From Anthoceros angustus (lineage: Eukaryota; Plantae; Anthocerotophyta), in contig VJWM01000011.1 in assembly GCA_010909165.1 (NCBI GenBank), positions 620,001 through 684,000 on the forward strand: 64,000 nucleotides of DNA, in the 5' to 3' direction. Each line of letters starts with the position of its first letter. Positions within the stretch are counted from its first letter, which is position 1. The position numbers were made by a program, and so were the translations under genes. The notes under the pieces were generated by a model that searched no databases, was not told the DNA's origin, and saw only the letters and a list, made by a program, of their open reading frames with translations. This document shows positions 12,253 through 24,399 of this stretch, in pieces.

Positions 12253-13995
12253 TTAGGGGCTTTGAACTTTGAACTGCAGGTACTGTGTTTCGTCCAAAAC
12301 TGTGCTTCCCAGCCTTGTTGGTGGCCAGTACCTGACCACAGACCTTCCTAGAATGTTCTTCACAGGAAGTGGACCCCTGCCAGAAAGTACCAGACTCAGC
12401 GCTCTTGTTGGTTGGCACACAAGAAAAACATCTCATGATCAGTGCAGAGAGAGCCCCACCAGACATGTGAGTCATAGCTGTTGTTGCGGTTGTCACCCAT
12501 CACAAACACATAGCCGCTAGGCACACTCTGCCACAAACCCGTAATTGTTAGCACTGCATTTAGCTAATTGGTCCTGGCTCGATGTAGAAAAGGGGGAAAG
12601 GCATCGTTGCCTAACCACTGGCCTCATGTTGTATGCTGGGGGCTCTGCAATGAAGTCCTCGGTTTTCACAACTCCGTTCACCACAAGCTTTCCACTGTTC
12701 ACCTGTCAATTAAACACCACTTAAATAATATTCTTCGAATCCAACCAGAAAGGCTTGTTGAGCTCTCCATATGATAGGGCGTACCTCCACCAAGTCCCCA
12801 GCTTTAGCAACAACTCTTTTGATGAAGACCTCACTCGCGTTGTACCCTCTTGACTGAACAAAAAAGATTTCCTCAGATGTCTAGAGCATAGCAAGCAGTC
12901 ATAGCCCAACTTAGCTACCAATATCAATTTCAACCTGTAAGACTTCAGGGGCCCTGAAAATGACAATATCATTGATACTAGGACTTCTGAAATAGTAGGA
13001 CACCTGAGGCACACAGAGTTGAGTCAGTCTCAGAACGAACTTAAGGCCAGATGCCAGTTAGTTGCATACAACAAGCTGGAATTGACATGTTGTCAACTAA
13101 AGCTCACCTTTTCAGCAATTATGCGGTCACCGACATCAAATGTAGGATACATCGAGAGGGAAGGAATGAAGCGAGGCTCAGCAATAAACCATCTGAAGCA
13201 GAGAGAAATTGCAAAGACTGCAAGTACTGTCTTTCCATCTTCTGCAGTGAAACTCATCCAGTCAGGCAACCAACTTATCTTCTCGCCACGTGATTTAGAG
13301 CCTACTCCTGCCACCTCTCCTCCCTGCTTCTGAGAGATGGTTACATTCTCTGTTACTCCACCACCACCACCATCACGACCACCACCGCCACCTTCATCCA
13401 CTCCCCTCCTGTCATCTCCAGAAAGAGCACTGCAAACCATAAAATGCCTTGACTGTCTGGAGTACCATGGAGCTTGGATGAACTCATGGCAAGGCAGCCA
13501 CTTGGTAAAGTTAGAAGCCAAGTAGCCTGGCATCTCAGCCACCTGAAACCTTAAGGGCCGAGTACCAAACCGTGAGATCCCAGAACAAACCGACCGAACT
13601 CTCCTTCCTTCAGAAGAAGTTTTATGACTTGGCAAGAAAGTCGAGTGTGAGAAATTCAATGAACCACTGCACAGGAAGCCCTTGCGTGAAGAATGTGCCC
13701 GCAGAGAGTCTTCTCCCACAGGAACTTCACAGGGACGGGGTAAACAGAGAGATTCTTCTGCAACTTTCTCTTTTGCAGATCTGCCAAATGTAATGAAACC
13801 TGCAATCCCGTGTAGCACTGGCCCTGTTCGACACTTGACAGGGAACTGGAACAGTCTTCTCCTGTCACTAACCAGCTTGAGAGCAATGTCTTCCCTGAAA
13901 GCACTCTCCCTGGAGTAGTCTCCAAGAGCAACACAATGTACAGCATTCTTCACACGCAGTAGCGCAAATGGGCTCATGATCACAAAAGTACCCAT
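12253..13995 (-). CDS. PLSP1: Plastid type I signal peptidase (Plsp1/TPP), multi-exon
   Basis: Exons join as [15 protein letters not shown]...[25 protein letters not shown]|VSYYFR...[12 protein letters not shown]...[17 protein letters not shown]...YWPP with catalytic Ser/Lys; Gly-rich linker; start codon tentative. Confidence 0.9.
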
Positions 13996-14737
13996 GTTTA
14001 CAAGTTTCTGAAACAACCTCCACAAGCAGTACAGTGTAGACAACAACGAGTCCACCGACACAAAGCCGCAGAATTTGACTACAACATCTTGACAGCAAGC
14101 GTGTAACCTCTGTAGGCAGCGAGGAATGGGCTTGTCGGAATCAACCAGACGGACGGGCCAGGAAGCAAGTGAGAAATGGAGAGTTCTAAGTATGCTGGGG
14201 TTGGGACGTCCAGGAACGCTTCACCAAAGGGGCAGCAACAAGGAAAGCCAGATCTGGCTGGTAATAAGCAAGACAAGGCAGAGCTCGCAGATATGGTTAG
14301 CAAAGACCAGGATGGCAACAAAGACAGAGACGAGACAAGAGTACTCGAGGTTATATGAGATTTGTGCGGTGCAAACTGCCCGCGTGCACCGCAAATCTTC
14401 AATGCTTGAGCACCGGGTTGAGTGACTAATTTGCCCAAGCTGAGCAGCGGCTTCGACAGCCCGGAAGCCCAGTTTAAAAAGTCGGGCTCCCAAGCTCCAC
14501 ACTTCCCCGCAAACGACTGCGGCCGGCTTGTTGCCAACACGACCAAGTTCTCAGGCCCGGACCCGTCGTCCGAACAGACAAACAGAAGACACGAGCGAAA
14601 TGAACACCAAACTCGAAAAAATTGGCGAACACGAAGGCAAACTGCGGACCGGCACGGAAAAGTTATTTTCCCCCTTCGCAAGGGCCCCTGTAATGAGAGT
14701 CCTTGTAAGCATCGGCAGAAGCCCGGGATCCTAGAAG

Positions 14738-15088
14738 TACAGTCGGCCCCCCCCCCTAATTGGGAATTCTATAAATGGGATTCCTCTCTAAATGGGACCT
14801 AGCATCCTACTCCCTTTAGTTTACAATGTAACAAATGGAACTTTTCTTTAAATGGTAATTGGGATTTTTTGAAACATAGTTAATTTTATCTCCCTAAATA
14901 AAATTTCTATTTTTTTTACTAAAAAATATAAAAAAGGAAAAAGAATCGATTATTTCATAGCACAATAGACTTAAAGGTGTGATTGAAGACTCTTAAGCTA
15001 AGCATTTTCCTTTATGATAGGTAGAGGTTTTTTGATGTTGCTTAGAGAGAGTGCTAGCTTTCAAACAACTATATAGAGAAGTGATAAG
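14738..15088 (-). mobile_element. Truncated second copy of the 4633-5173 MITE in inverted orientation
   Basis: TA-CAGTCGGCCCCC...CTAATTGGGAATTC... is the reverse complement of ~4815-5173 and stops abruptly at ~15088. Confidence 0.75.
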
Positions 15089-15900
15089 CGGGTGGACTAA
15101 ACTGGAGAGACTGATCCAGGTCCTGGTGATGGGCCCTAACGCGTGTTGGTGAGTGTAGGTGCGAAGGACTCGGGATCCCTGCTCTTCCAGGGCAGGAACT
15201 CGACGGCCGGCAGACCGAAGCGGACGCGATTAGCCGGATCCCCAAAAAGGCGTGTAGAGCCTGGACGGGACGACCTAGTAAACGCGACGCGGAGGCCTGC
15301 AGCCTACACACACCCAAACCGTGAACTTCAACTAGGCACCTTAGGTACGAGCAAGGGTTGCAGGAGAGACGGAGTGAGTGCGGTAAGTGAAGGGAGGAAG
15401 GGCTTTCGGACGAGAATGGGTCCTTAAACGTTCGTCCATACTGGGCCTGTACGGTGAAAAAGTAGTGTGACGTAACAGGAGTGTGGTCTTAATCGCAGTC
15501 CGTGTAAGGTGGCACATAGGGTCGGATACGGTGACCGTGGGTAAGTGATCGTGCCTCGACAACGGACGTGTATCGGGTAGAAAAACGTGGTAAGCGGAAA
15601 AATCATTCCCTTGGGAAAGGACCCCATATTACAACGACACGGGTCCGATGCACGCCCGGCTGGTCGTCAGCAAAAGTAGCGCCACACTCCCTATCGCGGT
15701 TGAGGGCACTGATCTTTTGGCTACGGAAGCCTCAGCGCTAACAGCTTTCCTTGGGAGTTGGGCCTTCTCTCCTCCCATCCTAGTCTCTCGCTTCGTCATT
15801 AGGGATTCTCGCATTTTGGAGTCCTTCATCGCGGGAGTGGAGGAAGGCGGTTTTCCCCTGCAGTGTCCTCCGTTTGGCTAGAGGTTTCCTAGCCATAGAG
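15089..15900 (-). mobile_element. Degenerate retroelement (LINE-like) fragment
   Basis: Shares blocks (AGGCGTGTAGAGCCT; TCATTCCCTTGG...ACAACGACA) with 24450-24900 and, for the second block, ~26470-26510; no intact ORF. Confidence 0.35.
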
Positions 15901-16259
15901 GCTAGGGATGCCTTACCCTCTTTTGCTTCACTTACCTAGTTGGATTCTGCGGGCTACAAGCGTCCCTCCTGGATAAGCAATATCGGCAGGTGTAAACGAT
16001 CTGGACTTGGAAACCCCTGTTGGGATGTGCCTGGAAGTGTTTTTTTTGTTTTTTTGGTCGAGTGTGGTGTGAAAATAAGTCAGGTTGACAGTAGGCAGAG
16101 GTATTTATAGAAGATCCTATGTCCTTGGCCTATGGTTTTTTTTCTTGTCTTGATTTTTAGGTTAGAAAATAAATGGGCCGGGAACTTGGTGTTCCTTGGC
16201 CCATGGACTTGGGATGTCCACCAAAAAGTCTATATATGTGAGGTAGGGGGGGTTGGAAT

Positions 16260-19200
16260 AATTAGAGTGTGATAGGTCTATAAGTTTGGGGTCGACCGGA
16301 GTAGGCGAATGAGTGTGGGGTTGTGGATTGGGATGTGGAAGCGGTCGTGAGGTCGAGCAGGAGTAGGGAACACAGGAAACTTAACCCTAGGAAATAGCGT
16401 TCATCCGTTGTGGGCGGAGGAGGAAGGCGGAGGAGCCCAAGGAGGAGGCGGGCGGAGGAGGAGGCGCGAGGCCGGGGTGAAGGCGGCGGGAGTCGGTGGC
16501 GGCAGGCGATTCGGAGGAGGCGCGGGCGCAGCACGAAGGAAGGAGCTCGAACCCCACGGTGACATCGCGCGAGGAGGAGGAAGGCGCGACAGACGTGGCG
16601 CTCCTTGAGGAGGTAGGAACCACAGGCCCGACCCCCAGGGGTGCAGTGGCGTTGGTTTGTGAAGGGAGGCGCGAGGCCGGGGAGGCGTGAGAGGATGGCG
16701 CCCAAGGTCACCAGTGTGCTTGCCCAATGGCCGAACATGGATCATTGGAAAGTTCTCGACGGAGGAAGTGGTGAAGGAGTCAAGCTTGGTTTCATGGAAG
16801 AGCGGTGGAATTACATGAACTTGGGTGGTGCAGAGTGCGCGCCACGAAGGACAAACAAAGGGGGATTTAAAGCCGAGTTGGGACTGGGTGGTTAGGAGGG
16901 TGTATGGGCGCAGAAGGAGGAGGCGGGCGGTTTGGTGATGGAGCCGCCCAAAAAGAGCACGGAAGAAGCAGCTACCGTTAAAGCGGCGACACGAACCCAA
17001 CGGCGTTGACGAGGATTTGGCAACGGCGCAGCTTGATGGGTCCGCCAGTGGCTCCTATGTTTCGCAAAGACAAGAAGTGATTATTTGTCGACCACTTGCT
17101 TCCTTCATGAAGTGGTCAAGGGGCGAAAAATCGATTAGCGAATTCTCTTGACAAGTTGTGTGAAGAGGTTGAACTTGATTTCTCTACCCTCGGCCTCTCT
17201 AATCTCACCATTTCGGTCCATCTTTATGTTTCTAGCGCGGAGGTGGAAATTAGCCTCCCTCCACATGTGGAAGCCGGTTAGGGAGGTGAAATGGAAGGCG
17301 GAGGAGCCCAAGGAGGAAAAATCGGATGGATGGGGAGTCGGTGGCGGCAGGCGGTTCGGAGGAAGAAGGAAATTCCCAGCAAAGGAGGAAGGCCGGGGTG
17401 AAGGCGGAAAGGAGGAAGTGGTGAAGGGACGCGCTGCCACCGTCGAAAACGCGCAAGGCGTAAAATGAAAGCCAAGCGGATGGAGGTGGCGAGAGGAGGC
17501 GCGATCAGGGACAATTTTGCCGACTGATGCGATGATGAATCAACTCCGGAGGGTTTAGGGCGACCTCGAGCGGACCCCTCAAAGATGGGAAGAGATTTTC
17601 AAGGGGACTCCAGCAGCAGGTGGATGCAACCGAATTGGTGAGGTGCGCACTGCCGGGAGGAAAGTTCTCGACGGAGGGATGGCGTCTGGCGGGGCCGCCA
17701 CAACAAGTGGACTTGCGGGGAGGCGACCACGTCGATGATCCGGCCAAGGCATTTGTTGGATCAAGCGGCTTTAGCTCTCACCGCCTGGGCAGTGGGCGAC
17801 GGAGGAAGTGGTGAAGGCCGGGTTTGTGAAGGAGGCCAAGCGCAAGCAATCGGAGGAAGACAAGCGGAACCTAGAAATAAGGGCCAAGATTCAAGAAGAT
17901 TTGTGCGAGGCCGGGAGAAGTTGCAAGCCATGACGAGCCGGGAAGCACTCATGGCTCAAATTAAGGATGCCACAGGCGAACCGGGAGATGCGGGGAGTTG
18001 TTGCGAGCCGGAGGCGGCCTCGGTGGAAAAGGCCCATAAGCTAAGCGGAGGCGATATCATGAGGCGGGATGAGGCACGTGGCGAGCTAGAAAAGACAAAG
18101 GGAAGGGAGGCGGGAGTCGGTGGCAGGACCACCGGCAGTAGCGGAAGGAACTACGAGGAAGGAAGCGAGGTGGCGAAACCTCACCTACCAAGGTTCTTTG
18201 AGCAGACGGCGGTGGAGTCCACTACATGCAGTGAATTGAAGCCGCTCACGACATGCGCATCCAACCCGGAAGGCAGGCATGGGGAGCGGGCTGGCAGGGG
18301 CCTGTGGCGCCGCAAGGACATGGTGTGGGCTATGCACTTCCACAGGAGTTAAGAAATAAGTAGGGTTTGTTTTTAGGATTGAAGGATAAATAAAGGCGGA
18401 AAGGAGGAATAAATTGGGGTAGCGCTTGGACGAGGCTCGGAGTATACTCCGGACTACAGTGAACAACGGACCCGGTACCACTATGGCAAGCTCGGACTAC
18501 AGATAGCAGGATAAGTCAGGAACCCACTCCAGTCAAAGCAGGATAAATCGCCGAGTAACCTAGGAGGCGGGCGTGAGGGCAGACAGGCGGCGCCACGTGG
18601 GCGGCCACAGTGGAGGTCGGGCATGCATGGGCGGGCTTGTGACGGCCGTGGCGCCGCAAGGGACATGGTGTGGGCTATGCACACTTCACAGGAGTTAAAA
18701 TAAGTAGGGTTTACATTTTTAGGATTGAAGGATAAATAAAGGCGGAAAGGAGGAATAAATTGGGGTGGCGCTTGGACGAGGCTCGGAGTATACTCGGACT
18801 CTGGAGTGAACAACGGACCCGGTACCACTATGGCAAGCTCGGACTACGCAGATGTGAGATAAGTCCGGAACCCACTCCAGTCAAAAGCAGGATAAATGCG
18901 TAACCTAGGAGGCGGGCGTGAGGGAGGCAGGCGCGCCCGTGGGCGGCCACAGAGTGGAGGTCGGGCATGCATGGGCGGGCCGTAACCTTGCGAGGCCGTT
19001 ATAGCGGTATTCACGCCCAGCGGGCGCGGCGTAAGGCGAGTAAGCGGGCGTAGGGTCGAGTAAGCCATGCGGACCCTGGCGATTCTGGACAGCGCCTTCC
19101 CCGTTACTTCCTAGCGGCCAAGGAGGAGGTCATTTGCTGCGACCTCGAGCGGACCCCCCTCGGCATGGGAAGAGATTTTCAAGGGGACTCCAGCAGCAGG

Positions 19201-22200
19201 TGGATGCAAGAATTGGTGAGGTGCGCACCTTCTTGGGAGGAAAGTTCTCGACGGAGGGATGGCGTCTGGCGGGGCCGCCACAACAAGTGGACTTGCGGGG
19301 CGGACCCGTCGATGATCCGGGCCCAGGTTGTTGGATCAAGCGGCTTTAGCTCTCACGGCTCGATGTGCGGGCGGGAGGAAGTGGTGAAGGCCGGGTTTGT
19401 GAAGGAGGCCAAGCGCAAACAGCGGAGGAAGACAAAGCGGAACCTAGAAATAAGGGCCAAGATTCAAGAAGATTTGTGCGGGGCCGGGAGAAGTTGCAAG
19501 CCATGGAGCGGTGAGAAGCACTCATGGCTCAAATTAAGGATGCCGGGAGATGCGAGTTGTTGCGAGCCGGGGCGAGGCGGCCTCGGTGGAAAAGGCCCAT
19601 AAGCTAAGCGGAGGCGATATAGAGGCGGGATGAGGCACGTGGCGGGCAGAAAAGACAAAGGGAAGGGAGGCGGGAGTCGGTGGCAGGACCACCGGCAGTA
19701 GCGGAAGGAACTACGAGGAAGGAAGCGAGGTGGCGAAACCTCACCTACCAAGGTTCTTTGAGCAGACGACGGTCGTGGAGTCCACTACCGCGGTAGTTGA
19801 AGCCGCTACTGACATTGGCGCATCCAACCCGGAAGCAGGCATGGGCGGAGCGACAGGACGCGACGTGGCGCCTCGCAAGGACATGGTGTGGGCTATGCAC
19901 TTCCCTGGGGAGTTAAGAAATAAGTAGGGTTTCTGTTTTTTTTTAGGATTGAAGGATAAATAAAGGCGGAAAGGAGGAATAAATTGGGGTGGCGCTTGGA
20001 CGAGGCTCGGAGTATACTCGGACTGAGTGAACAACGGACCCGGTACCACTATGGCAAGCTCGGACTACAGATAGCAGGATAAGTCCGGAACCCACTCCAG
20101 TCAAAAGCAGGATAAATCGCCGAGTAACCTAGGAGGCGGGCGTGAGGGCAGACAGGCGGCGCCACGTGGGCGGCCACAGTGGAGGTCGGGCATGCAGTAG
20201 GCGGGCCGTAACCTTGCGAGGCCGTTATAGCGGTATTCACGCCCAGCGGGCGCGGCGTAAGGCGAGTAAGCGGGCGTAGGGTCGAGTAAGCCATGCGGAC
20301 CCACAGCGATTCTGGACAGCGCCTTCCCCGTTACTTCCTGGCGGCCAAGGAGGAGGTCATTTTGCTGCGACCTCGACAATCCTCACGGTCCCTTGCGCTC
20401 CATAATCCGGCTCTCTGGCGCTATCTTTGGCGCCGATCGGCAAGCGGCGCACCGTCAAGGTTGGAGCGGCGCAGCGAAGGAGGAACATCGTGCCGGCGGA
20501 CTCGGCCGGCGGCTGACAACAAGAGGAGGAGAAGCAATGGCACCCAAAAGCCGGAGTCAGGAGCCATGGACCCTCGTGGGCGCAACATTGTGACCGGCGC
20601 TATCCGGACTTGACCTGGTGGAGGAGGCGGCGGGAGGAAGTCGGGAGTGGCATCGGGCGTGTTCCAAATGGTGCGGACCTTTGGCGTCACTCTAGTCGGG
20701 AGTTTGCGGAAGATCTTGGCGGCGATCAACAAGGAGGTCCGATCAAGAACCTCCGGGAGGACCAGGCGATGGACCTTGGAGGTCGAGGATGGCCTACAAC
20801 CGCGAAGGAGGAAGAAGGGGCGTGGTGCGAGGCCCCTTAAGGCGAAGGGAAGATAGGGCCGGCCAGTGGCGATCTTGAGGCACAGGCAGCGGACAACCAG
20901 CGGATGGTTGATATCCGTCTGGGCGGTCGAGTAAGCGGTAGCCGGATCATTATCCATTGGAACACGCTCACCAAGGTGGATCACCTTGGTGATAACTGAT
21001 AGTATTCACATGCGCTCCGGTGAAGAAGGCGGTGGGAAGGATTATCTTCGCGGTTCGATCGGGAAACCGCAAGCTAAGGCGAAGCCCTCGCCATCGGTGA
21101 CCCATACGATTCATGTATGGGGACATTTCGAGCTCTGAAGGAGGAGAGCTTGAGCAGGCGCTCGGAAGGCTGGAGGCCACCGAGTAGGCGTGCAAGGCGC
21201 GAGGTGGGGGTCGTCCTTGAGACCAAGCGGACTCGGGAGGAGGGGCACGGGAGGATTCGGACTCCATCGTCAGGCGAACCCCTCACCACCCGGGGAAGTT
21301 TGGGAGGAGATTCCCCTTCCCTCCTTTTGGTGCCCCTCGGGCGGTAGGAGGAGGCGTCTGGGAGGCGTTGGCGGCTCGGCCGGCGGGCGGACCAACAACC
21401 ACGTGCCGGGCCCCGCGAACTCAGCGGGGCCGAGGCGGAAGGCGGTGCCGCCTACCACCTCGGAAGGTGCGGTACCCTTACCACCTTGCAGGTGTAAAGG
21501 CGGTGGAGGCGAGAAAGGGCGTGGCCCAAGGCGGAGAGGTCAGCGGCCCACCAGGCAGTCTGTCCCAGCGGAAGGGGCAAAAGAGCTTGCTCCGGACCCC
21601 CTCACCTCCTCAGGGCCCAGGAGAAAGGGCACAAAGGAGTTAGAGGCCAAGAGGGCCAAGAGGGTGAGACTCGGACCTCACCACTCGGGACTGAGGTCTG
21701 ATTAGGTCAGGAGAACCCAGTCCGGACTTACTCGGGGCTGCGGTATGGAGGTCCTTGGCGGACCGAAATGCCGGCTCCACTACGGACTTTGTGGGGGCCT
21801 CACCGTGATGGCCGTGGAAGAAACACGGCGAGTCACAGCTCGTCATGGGCCGGAATGCTTTGGGGTCTCGTAGTGCAGTGGAAGACCCGAAGTGGAGGCC
21901 ACCGGAGGAGGATGGTGGAACTCCAAGAGCAAGTGAAGGCGGCCCGAGGGGCAAAGGAAAAGGCGGAGTCCCTCGCTCGGATCGAGGAAGGAAGCAGCGG
22001 GAGGCGAGCGAGGGCGGCGGAGGCGGCGGAGGCCGGGCCAAGGTTCTTGTCTGAGCAGTGAAACAAGCTCGAGGAGGCGGCGGAGGACCTTGCGGCGAAG
22101 AGCGGAGGCGGAAGAGGCCGGGCACAAGCGAGAGAGCTCGGGACTGGCGGAGGCCGGCTAGGCGGCGCCAAGTGGGAGCCAGTAAAGCGGCGAAGAGTGA

Positions 22201-24050
22201 GCCGCGGCAAGCGGCAGGATCACTCTGAGCGTGATCGGGCCGGTGGAGAGGAGGCGGCGGAGGCGGAGGCTAACTCGAAGGCCGAGCTAACGAGGCGGCG
22301 GAGGAGGAGATGGAGGCCGGCCTCGGGAGATAGGAGATCTCAGTGCAGTGCAGGAAGTAGAGGCGGCGGATGGATGGAGGCAGCAAGGACACCTGGAGCT
22401 ACAACTCCAAGATCGTCGGGGCGGCGGTGATTCTCAGCGAGAGAATCCACGACTTGAGCGAAATAGAGTGCCTCGGCTCCGTCGAAGGCGGAGGAAAATC
22501 GGCGACTATCGAGGTTGGGCGTTGCGAGCTCTGAAGGAGGCGGAGGAAGTCGGGAGTCGGACGGAGGTATCGACCTTTGGAGAGGAGGCGGCGGCTAAGG
22601 CGAGAATGAGCGGAGGCGCGAGCAGGCGAAAAAGGCTGCTGGTCCGGTGAGAAAGGCGGAAGGAGCAGCTGCGCTATGGCGGAGGCGGCGGCAATGGAGA
22701 GGAAGCAGCGGAGGCTGGGCGGTGGAACATGGCAGTGCGAGGGAGGTGACCGAGGCCGCCCTTGTAGCCTCGCGTGATCTGACCGGCTCCGGTATCCGTC
22801 AAATGGCGGGAGGTGGCCCAACAAGCGGCGCCAAGTGGGAGCCAGTAAAGCGGCGAAGAGTCGGGCCGCGGCAAGCGGCAGGATCACTCTGAGCGTGATC
22901 GGGCCGGTGGAGAGTCGGTAGCAGTGAGGCTAACTCGAAGGCCGCTATGAGCGAGCGGCTATGGGAGGAGGAGAGGCCGGCCTCGGGAGATAGGAGATCT
23001 CAGTGCAGTGCGAGGAAAAGGAGGCGGCGAGATGGAGGCAGCAAGGACAGCTGGGCTACAACTCCAAGATCGTCGGAGGCGGTGATTCTCAGCGAGAGAA
23101 TCCACGACCTCGAGCACGAAATAGAGTGCCTCGGCTCCGTCGAAGGCGGAGGAAAATCGGCGACTATCGAGGTTGGGCGTTGCGAGCTCTGAAGGAGGCT
23201 GGAGGAAGTCGGTCGGACGGAGTGTCACGCTGGAGAGGAGGCGGCTAAGGCGAGAATGAGCGGAGGCGGAGGCGAGAAAAAGGCTGCTGGTCCGGTGAGA
23301 AAGGCGGAAGGGAGCTGCGCTATGATGGTGGCGATGGAGAGAAGCAGCGGGAGGCGGCGGAGGAGGCGAGGAGGTGACGAGGCCCTTGTAGCCTCGCGTG
23401 TCTGACCGGCTCGGTATCAAATCTGGCGGAGAGGTGGCCCAACAAGCGGCGGCCGACTCCGGAACACTTATGGCGGAGGGAGTATCGGGTGCTCGGGCAC
23501 CGTGGAAGAGCAATTCAACAAGTCGATTCGGACTTTGCCTATTACCGAGCTCTGAAGCGGTAGAAGCCTCTCGGCGCCCGCAAGCGGCGGACCCTGGAAG
23601 GCTCGAGAAGGAGATGAAGGCCAGGGGCCACAGGGACCCTAGTGGCCTGTTTGAAGATAGCGGAGGCGGCGGAGGCGGCGGAGGAGGCGAGGAGGCGGCG
23701 GATCTCGGCGAGTGGCACCCGCACCTCACCATGGAAGGAGGGCCAGCAGAAGGAGTCACCAGGCGATCGGGAGCAAGTGAGGACTTGAGGAGAGCCACGG
23801 AGGAGTCCGTGAGGAGGAAACCGGGTGGGCGTGAGTCCGGACTTTGTCCGGACCCGGAGGCCGGACCACGAGTCGGACCTCGGTAATAATCCGGACCACG
23901 AAGTCGGACCCGTAATAAGTCGGACCACGAGGTCCGGACCCAGTGAGTCGGACCTAGCCGGCGGACCGAAATAAGCGGACTCACGAGTTGAGTCGAGGCA
24001 GACCTCGAGGGGCCGGGCTGCGGCGGAGGAGCCCCTTCGACTTACGCTAG
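16260..24050 (+). mobile_element. Unclassified GC/purine-rich transposon-derived block with broken coiled-coil ORFs and internal duplications
   Basis: Glu/Ala/Arg-rich plus-strand ORF pieces (17735-18352, ~21900-23750); repeats A(17570)-B(18310)-B(18655)-C-A(19140)-B-C; 22165/22829 duplication; short GGACC repeats at 23850-23990. Confidence 0.45.
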
Positions 24051-24399
24051 GGGAATGGTGGTGGCCCCGGCGAAGGACCCGAGGAGGCGAGGAGGATGGC
24101 GTCGTGGTAGCGGTTGTCGAACCGCCGCCGTATAACGGCAGCGGAGAGGAGGGCCCGCCTCACGGATCATCCGATTGGGTGCACCACAAGCTGTCGGGGC
24201 GAAGTTGGACCACCCATTCCGGCGGGGCCAGGACCTTCCAGCCCCAGTCGGCGAAGGAGATAGGGGAAAAATAGGATGGCCGATTAGGGTATCTGCGGCT
24301 ATCGGCTCGAATAGGGGTGTAATAAAGCGCCTTAGGCGATATAAGAGGTGAGGCTCTAGTAAAGCATCTTTCTCTTGGTGTTGATGCAGCGTTCTTGCG

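Noticed and set aside
18420-18500. Possible LTR boundary and primer-binding site (TGGTACCGGGTCCGTTG on the minus strand)
   Set aside because: I could not match it to a tRNA 3' end or find paired TG...CA LTRs with a TSD
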